Origin: Hamiltosporidium tvaerminnensis FI-OER-3-3
Taxonomy: Eukaryota > Fungi > Microsporidia
Direction of reading: 5' to 3'
Length of the DNA stretch: 64,000 nucleotides
Assembly (NCBI GenBank): GCA_022605425.2
Contig: CM061254.1
Coordinates: 186,001 to 250,000, forward strand
Shown: piece after piece, positions 63,231 through 64,000 of the stretch
Position numbering within the stretch: position 1 is the stretch's first letter
Layout: each line of letters begins with the position of its first letter
The notes under the pieces: generated by a model
What the model was told of the DNA's origin: nothing
Seen by the model: the letters and a program-made list of their open reading frames with translations, nothing else
The model's database searches: none
Made by a program: the position numbers and the translations under genes

Positions 63231-64000
63231 TTAATAGCAATATAGATTTTTTTTAGATGTTCTAATTATAGTAATTAATGTCATATTTTAAAAAAGACTC
63301 ACCTCGTTTATTCTAGTCTTTTTATTTCGTTATATAATTAACTTATGGTAAAAATACTGAAGAAATTTTCTGTTTAATTATTTGGTAGAGTCATATTTAA
63401 AAAATTACTCTATGCATTTTTTAGCTCGAAGGTGGAGCTTTAAGGAATTTTGGATAGAAATCTAAAAAAGTGTCAAAATGATATACAAAAATGACAAAAC
63501 TAGTTGAAAAACTTAAAATATAATACGTCAAATAACAAAATTTATTTAAAATGGATTTTTTTATTCTATGTTTTTTAGTTACCCTTGAGAATATTTCTTG
63601 TTCCATTTTTTCACCTATTTTTGACTTTTTAGTACTATTAGTAATATTTTAAAAATTGGTATAAGAAAAAAAGTTGTAGCCCAAAACAAAGGAAAATCAT
63701 AAGAAAAGGCTAAAACTAAGCCGATGAGTTTCAAACGAGTTTTAATGAGACTAAAATTTAAGAAAATTCTACCGGGAATCCTCAATTTTACTCCTCTTAC
63801 AAAAACGCTGAATCCATCACCTTGCCAAACATATAATAACACGCACAACTCTGGGAATTGATATTCAACTTCGCTTAATACACAACCCGATCATCAGACA
63901 AAATCTCTGAGTACTAGCCTTAGTGCGACATGAAAAACGCAAAACTCAAGCTATTTTCAAAGGTAAATGTTAAATGCCAATGAATACATTACTCGATTCC

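Overview
Very AT-rich, gene-sparse eukaryotic DNA that looks microsporidian (inference: CCC-type motifs before ATGs, a 29-nt GTAAGT..CTAAT..TAG intron, shortened housekeeping proteins, signal-peptide/LRR-like orphan families; a large-genome lineage such as Hamiltosporidium would fit). Recognisable genes include a TPT/nucleotide-sugar transporter, an HMG-box protein, an AT-hook+SAP protein, probable alpha-SNAP, Gir2/RWDD1-like, tetraspanin-like and Chtop/Yra1-motif proteins, tRNA-Arg(ACG), and a local family of acidic secreted proteins. Much intergenic DNA is decayed mobile DNA: three RLE-type (R4/Dong-like) non-LTR fragments, a Ginger2/KRBA2-like integrase pseudogene interrupted by a hAT MITE, and a tRNA-headed SINE with a perfect 12-bp TSD. 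The most striking feature is a non-coding, GC-enriched ~725-nt interspersed element: 4 young copies, 3 old full-length copies and a tail fragment, plus a shorter sister family sharing the same 5' head. It has candidate target-site duplications and an A-rich 3' end, and folds by eye into a nested multi-domain RNA with paired ends, with no recognisable tRNA/5S/7SL head or known ribozyme core. A second notable pattern is the mirror-image TAACACCC / GGGTGTTA arrays and a C-to-G skew switch around housekeeping genes. All alignments and folds were done by eye.
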